Part shown: one piece after another, positions 23,553 to 26,918 of the stretch
Layout: every line of letters starts with the position of its first letter
Position numbering within the stretch: position 1 is the first letter of the stretch
Source: Clostridia bacterium
Lineage (GTDB): Bacteria > Bacillota > Clostridia > Christensenellales > UBA3700
NCBI GenBank assembly: GCA_029067255.1
Contig: JAIEEW010000133.1
Coordinates: 1-26,918, forward strand
DNA: 26,918 nt
Reading direction: 5' to 3'
Notes under the pieces: generated by a model
What the model was told of the DNA's origin: nothing
What the model saw: only the letters and a program-made list of their open reading frames with translations
Database searches by the model: none
Program-made: the position numbers and the translations under genes

Positions 23553-24374
23553 TCAATAAACGTCGCGTTTGTTTAATATCAGCGTTCCAAGAACGTTGTA
23601 GATTACCGCCCAAGCCGCCGATACGACGAGACATACGATCACCGATATAAAATTTGCTGAAAGACAAGCGTAGACCGACGAGCCGTACAAGAATATATTG
23701 AGTAACGGCGAATTCCCTACTATTGCCGCTACTCCGATAATAGGGATACCAGTACCAAGAACAAAACACAGCGCAATTGAAATACCGAAACGCGAACGGA
23801 AAATGACGTTGATAAAGGTATAAAGACTTGCCCATCCAAAACTCATCAGCATTTTACCTAAAATCGCGCAGATAAGAGAACCCGCGTTTACAGAAAACGA
23901 TAATCCCGTAAACATGCCCGATAAAACGCCGCCGATCAGATAAGTTAAGCACATACACGCCATAGAAAATACGCCTATCAAAGTTTTGGATATCATATAA
24001 TCCTGCTTTTTTGCGTGAGTGGTAAATAATTGCTTGACGTAACCGCTCTTATAGTCGTGTCCTATAAATATGGAGATCATTATGCCACAGAAAATAAACA
24101 CCATATTCATATTAGCGTATTCGCCCATATCGCTTATGACGTACAACGGCGAATTTGCGGCTATAATCTGCCACGCATTGGTAAACATGGAAGTCTTTTC
24201 CCCTTCGTCGCCCGTTGCTCCCATTGATACAAGCGCGGGTATCAGCGCGGCAATAATTAAGAAGATATACAATAAAGGCGTATGGAACAGACGGTAAAAG
24301 TCCACGCCCAACATACCCTTTATTCTTTTGAAAAATCCCTGCGATTCGAATTTAAGTTCCTTCGCGTTTTCCAT
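23553..24374 (-). CDS. ABC-2 type transporter permease (copy 1)
   Basis: Paralogous to 21756..22541 (GMLGVDFYRLF; HDYKSGYVKQLF...SKTL). Start set at ATG 24374 because RBS spacing matches the paralogue. Confidence 0.88.
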   Translation of the reverse strand: MENAKELKFESQGFFKRIKGMLGVDFYRLFHTPLLYIFLIIAALIPALVSMGATGDEGEKTSMFTNAWQIIAANSPLYVISDMGEYANMNMVFIFCGIMISIFIGHDYKSGYVKQLFTTHAKKQDYMISKTLIGVFSMACMCLTYLIGGVLSGMFTGLSFSVNAGSLICAILGKMLMSFGWASLYTFINVIFRSRFGISIALCFVLGTGIPIIGVAAIVGNSPLLNIFLYGSSVYACLSANFISVIVCLVVSAAWAVIYNVLGTLILNKRDVY

Positions 24375-24375
24375 T

Positions 24376-25278
24376 TTATGCATTCTCCTTTTTAGACATC
24401 AATTCGATGTAGTATTCTTCTAGACCTATCTTATTCTTTTTCACTTCAATTACAGAAATACAGTTGTCGAACAGACATTTTACTATCTCCTCGCTGTCTT
24501 CGACGTCGTATACTCTAACGCAACCTTCTTCAATCTTTACGTTGTCGTATTTTTTTCGCAAAACTTCTTCCGCTAGCGCCATATCGTTTGTTTTCACAGA
24601 GACGAAAACGCGCGATCTCGATTCCATTTCTCTAGCGGAAATCTCCTGTATCATTTTACCTTGCCGTATGATCCCGTAATGCGTGGCTATCTTTTCGAGT
24701 TCTCCCAAAATATGCGAAGAAATAAGCACAGTACAATTATAGTTTTTTGTAATATCAACCAAGATCTCGCGCATAATTCTCATACCGTCGGTATCTAGAC
24801 CGTTTATAGGTTCGTCAAGGATCAGCAACGCAGGACTTCCCAACAATGCCATTGCGATACCTATGCGTTGCTTCATACCAAGCGAACATTTTTTGAACTT
24901 CATTTTCGCGCACTCTTCCATTCTGACGATTTTAAGCGCGCGCTTTATTTCTTCCGAGCGGTTGGGCAACCCTAAATTGATGACTTGCATCATAAGATTA
25001 TCCCATACGCTTGAATTAGGAAAACAACCCGCGTTTTCTATCAACGCCCCGATTTTACCGCGTACTCCCGCGTCAGCATAGTCTTTCCCAAACAATTTTA
25101 TTTCCCCGCCATTAGGGACAAGATGTCCGCATATAAGTTTTTCCGTTGTGGATTTACCCGAACCGTTTTCTCCGATAAATCCGTATATACTGCCTACCGG
25201 AACCGTCATGTCCAAATGATCAACGGCGTACATACCGCGAAAACTTTTGGATAAATTTCTTATTTCGATTGCGTTCAT
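24376..25278 (-). CDS. ABC transporter ATP-binding protein (copy 1), BcrA-like
   Basis: Walker A GENGSGKST, CSLGMKQR, LLILDEPINGLD, SSHIL. Start set at ATG 25278 (MNAIEIRNL, as in the paralogue; AGGAG 7 nt upstream). Confidence 0.95.
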   Translation of the reverse strand: MNAIEIRNLSKSFRGMYAVDHLDMTVPVGSIYGFIGENGSGKSTTEKLICGHLVPNGGEIKLFGKDYADAGVRGKIGALIENAGCFPNSSVWDNLMMQVINLGLPNRSEEIKRALKIVRMEECAKMKFKKCSLGMKQRIGIAMALLGSPALLILDEPINGLDTDGMRIMREILVDITKNYNCTVLISSHILGELEKIATHYGIIRQGKMIQEISAREMESRSRVFVSVKTNDMALAEEVLRKKYDNVKIEEGCVRVYDVEDSEEIVKCLFDNCISVIEVKKNKIGLEEYYIELMSKKENA

Positions 25279-25305
25279 TTTCATTCTCCTTTTGATTACG
25301 ACTCA

Positions 25306-25380
25306 ATTATAAGACAAGGTTGTTTACAACTTGTTACTCATATATTTTTTATTTGTAATCGTTTTGTTAATGTTTTGCAA
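25306..25380 (-). promoter_or_regulatory. Putative regulated promoter of the ABC operon
   Basis: TATAAT at 25306-25311 with no consensus -35. ACAAGTTGT-AA-ACAACCTTGT repeat covers the spacer and -35; further ACAA boxes upstream. Confidence 0.45.
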
Positions 25381-25593
25381 AACCCCAAAAAATACTAAAA
25401 TAATCGCAATTAAAACTCAAAAAATAATTTCGCAGTTGTTCTATTCAATTTATAAAATAAACTACGGTACGCTAAACTAATCAACGTACCGCAATCCAAG
25501 TTAAGGAATTCTAATAATGAAAATATAAGTTAGTCCATATTTTAGTCCATATTATATATAGATAAAATATTATATTATATTATAGGAACAAAT

Positions 25594-25621
25594 AAAAAAC
25601 GGCAATTTTCATTGCCGTTTT
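25594..25621 (-). terminator. Intrinsic terminator after the 158-aa gene
   Basis: aaaacggcaat-tttc-attgccgtttt 11-bp stem 5 nt past stop 25627, with a T-run on the minus strand. Confidence 0.8.
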
Positions 25622-25626
25622 AACTT

Positions 25627-26103
25627 TTACAGTAACATGCCGTCCGCATTCACCAAATATGACTGAGTTTCTTCTTCTACCCAATCTTTATTATCCATTC
25701 TATATTTGACTCGCGCTCTCCAGTATCTCTCTACGCCATCGATAGGAGCGGTTACTTCCAATTTTTTTCCTATATTCAAATCGGCGATATAGTCTATCGC
25801 TTCAAGTTTCATATTCCTATAGGTATATTGGAAAGTGGGCGAAGAATAAAGATATACGTAAACTTGAATTGTAGAAAAACCCAACGTAAAGTCATTGCAC
25901 GCTCTAGCCCAAATACTATCGCCATAAGAACCAATATCTATTGATATCCTTGTAACAAGTCCCCGCGTTTGATTATAATTAAGTTCTTCATTTGTTTCAG
26001 CGTTTGCCGTATTATCGTTTATAAAACAACACGCGAAACACAACATCAAAATCGATAATGCCAACAAAATTGTCAGCAAAACCTTTTTTTTGCTTTTTAC
26101 CAT
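25627..26103 (-). CDS. Small secreted hypothetical protein, beta-rich
   Basis: Signal peptide MVKSKKKVLLTILLALSILMLCFACCFINDNTANA. GAGG RBS; 24 nt downstream of the XRE gene. Confidence 0.72.
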   Translation of the reverse strand: MVKSKKKVLLTILLALSILMLCFACCFINDNTANAETNEELNYNQTRGLVTRISIDIGSYGDSIWARACNDFTLGFSTIQVYVYLYSSPTFQYTYRNMKLEAIDYIADLNIGKKLEVTAPIDGVERYWRARVKYRMDNKDWVEEETQSYLVNADGMLL

Positions 26104-26127
26104 ATTATTTACCTCTCATTTATTTAT

Positions 26128-26706
26128 TTACCTTTTCTCTTTTCGTTTTGTCCTTATAAGTATTGCAAGGCATATTACCGCCAAAATACTTGCAAGAACG
26201 AAAACGAGCCACCCTATACTCTCTAAACCAAAATTAAACGTTGTCGACGAAGCCGAACCGAAGCCATCTTTATGCGCTTCCATAGCAGTACCTAACACTA
26301 TCGCTACAACTCCGATCAACAATACCGCAATAATTACCGAAATCAAAATTATCTTTTTGACAAATCTTTTATTTGACTTAACTTCCGATTCGGCTTTTAT
26401 CCGTATCAATTCGTACTTGTACTTCTCATCACTTTCTTGCTCGAATTCCGCGCAAGCAACGATTGCAAGTTCCTTGTTCTCGTTATCAGTTTCTTCAGGG
26501 GCTCCTTTTTCTCTAACGAAAAAGTATTCGGGATCCACGCCAAAAAAATCGCTGAGAGTCTTCAATTTCTCTGCGTTTATTTGTCTTTTGTTTGCTTCCC
26601 AAAGCGAAACCGTTTGACGTGTAACGCCGACCTCGTTCCCCAACTGTTCTTGCGTTAAATTCCTAGCCATTCGAAGATGATAAAGTTTGTCTCCAACGCC
26701 GCCCAT
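26128..26706 (-). CDS. XRE-family HTH regulator with two C-terminal TM segments
   Basis: LYHLRMARNLTQEQLGNEVGVTRQTVSLWEANKRQIN...LSDFFGV HTH; acidic linker; TMs IILISVIIAVLLIGVVAIVLG and IGWLVFVLASILAVICLAILI; basic tail. Confidence 0.9.
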   Translation of the reverse strand: MGGVGDKLYHLRMARNLTQEQLGNEVGVTRQTVSLWEANKRQINAEKLKTLSDFFGVDPEYFFVREKGAPEETDNENKELAIVACAEFEQESDEKYKYELIRIKAESEVKSNKRFVKKIILISVIIAVLLIGVVAIVLGTAMEAHKDGFGSASSTTFNFGLESIGWLVFVLASILAVICLAILIRTKRKEKR

Positions 26707-26729
26707 AATACCCTAACCTATACAGTAGC

Positions 26730-26778
26730 AATTGCTAATTTGCAATTCTATTGTAACAAGTAAAAAACAATTTTTCAA
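26730..26778 (-). promoter_or_regulatory. XRE gene promoter with a palindromic operator
   Basis: TTGAAA (26773-78), 17 nt, TG-n-TACAAT (26750-55). AATTGC-N6-GCAATT palindrome at 26730-26747 just downstream of the -10. Confidence 0.62.
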
Positions 26779-26918
26779 CACTTTTAGTGTTTTTTCTGAA
26801 ATTTTTTTATCGAAAAGTTTTAAAAATTTACCTAATTTACCTATTTTTGACCGTTTTTTTGCCGAGTATAACCAGACCGCCGCTCAGATCCTTCTGTCTG
26901 AGGATGATGTGTCCATGC

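Noticed and set aside
23461-23835. 124-aa minus-strand ORF overlapping the permease end
   Set aside because: Mostly an alternative frame of the permease with no RBS or motif.
26090-26617. 175-aa plus-strand ORF
   Set aside because: Antisense shadow of the XRE gene.
6290-26918. Prophage, ICE or transposon
   Set aside because: No integrase, transposase, relaxase or phage structural genes in the window; an XRE regulator alone is not enough.
1-26918. tRNA or rRNA genes
   Set aside because: No cloverleaf-compatible or rRNA-like sequence recognised in the intergenic regions.

Overview
Window from a low-GC Gram-positive (Clostridia-like) chromosome; the taxon is inferred from gene content and sigma-70/RBS style only. 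It has four blocks. (1) 1-1352 (+): a partial phosphotransferase and an alpha/beta hydrolase. (2) 1543-6250 (-): a LysR-led redox cluster (CMD-cupin, aldo/keto reductase, double-flavodoxin lipoprotein, RibD-C reductase), with a shared TAAAC-N5-GTTTA palindrome in two promoters. (3) 6357-21631 (-): an apparent ~15 kb, 8-gene polymorphic toxin operon, the main point of interest. Its 1974-aa lead protein has a signal peptide, an ectodomain with four InlB-B-like repeats, a two-TM membrane hairpin, a second domain, a Gly/Ala-rich hydrophobic segment, a complete Hint (intein-like) domain and a 118-aa GIY-YIG-type nuclease tip. I see no Rhs/YD, LXG/WXG or haemagglutinin repeats. It is followed by an AT-rich array of five putative immunity genes (LRR, two Imm11-like paralogues, an acidic unknown, Imm40-like) and two large Ig-rich surface proteins. 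A 25-bp relic of the Hint-coding DNA (24/25 identical) lies between two immunity genes, and seven GTYRAC hexamers are arrayed over the toxin promoter region. (4) 21756-26778 (-): two tandem ABC ATPase/permease pairs bracketed by near-identical hairpins, a small secreted protein and a membrane-tethered XRE regulator. All family calls come from motif recognition, not database searches.
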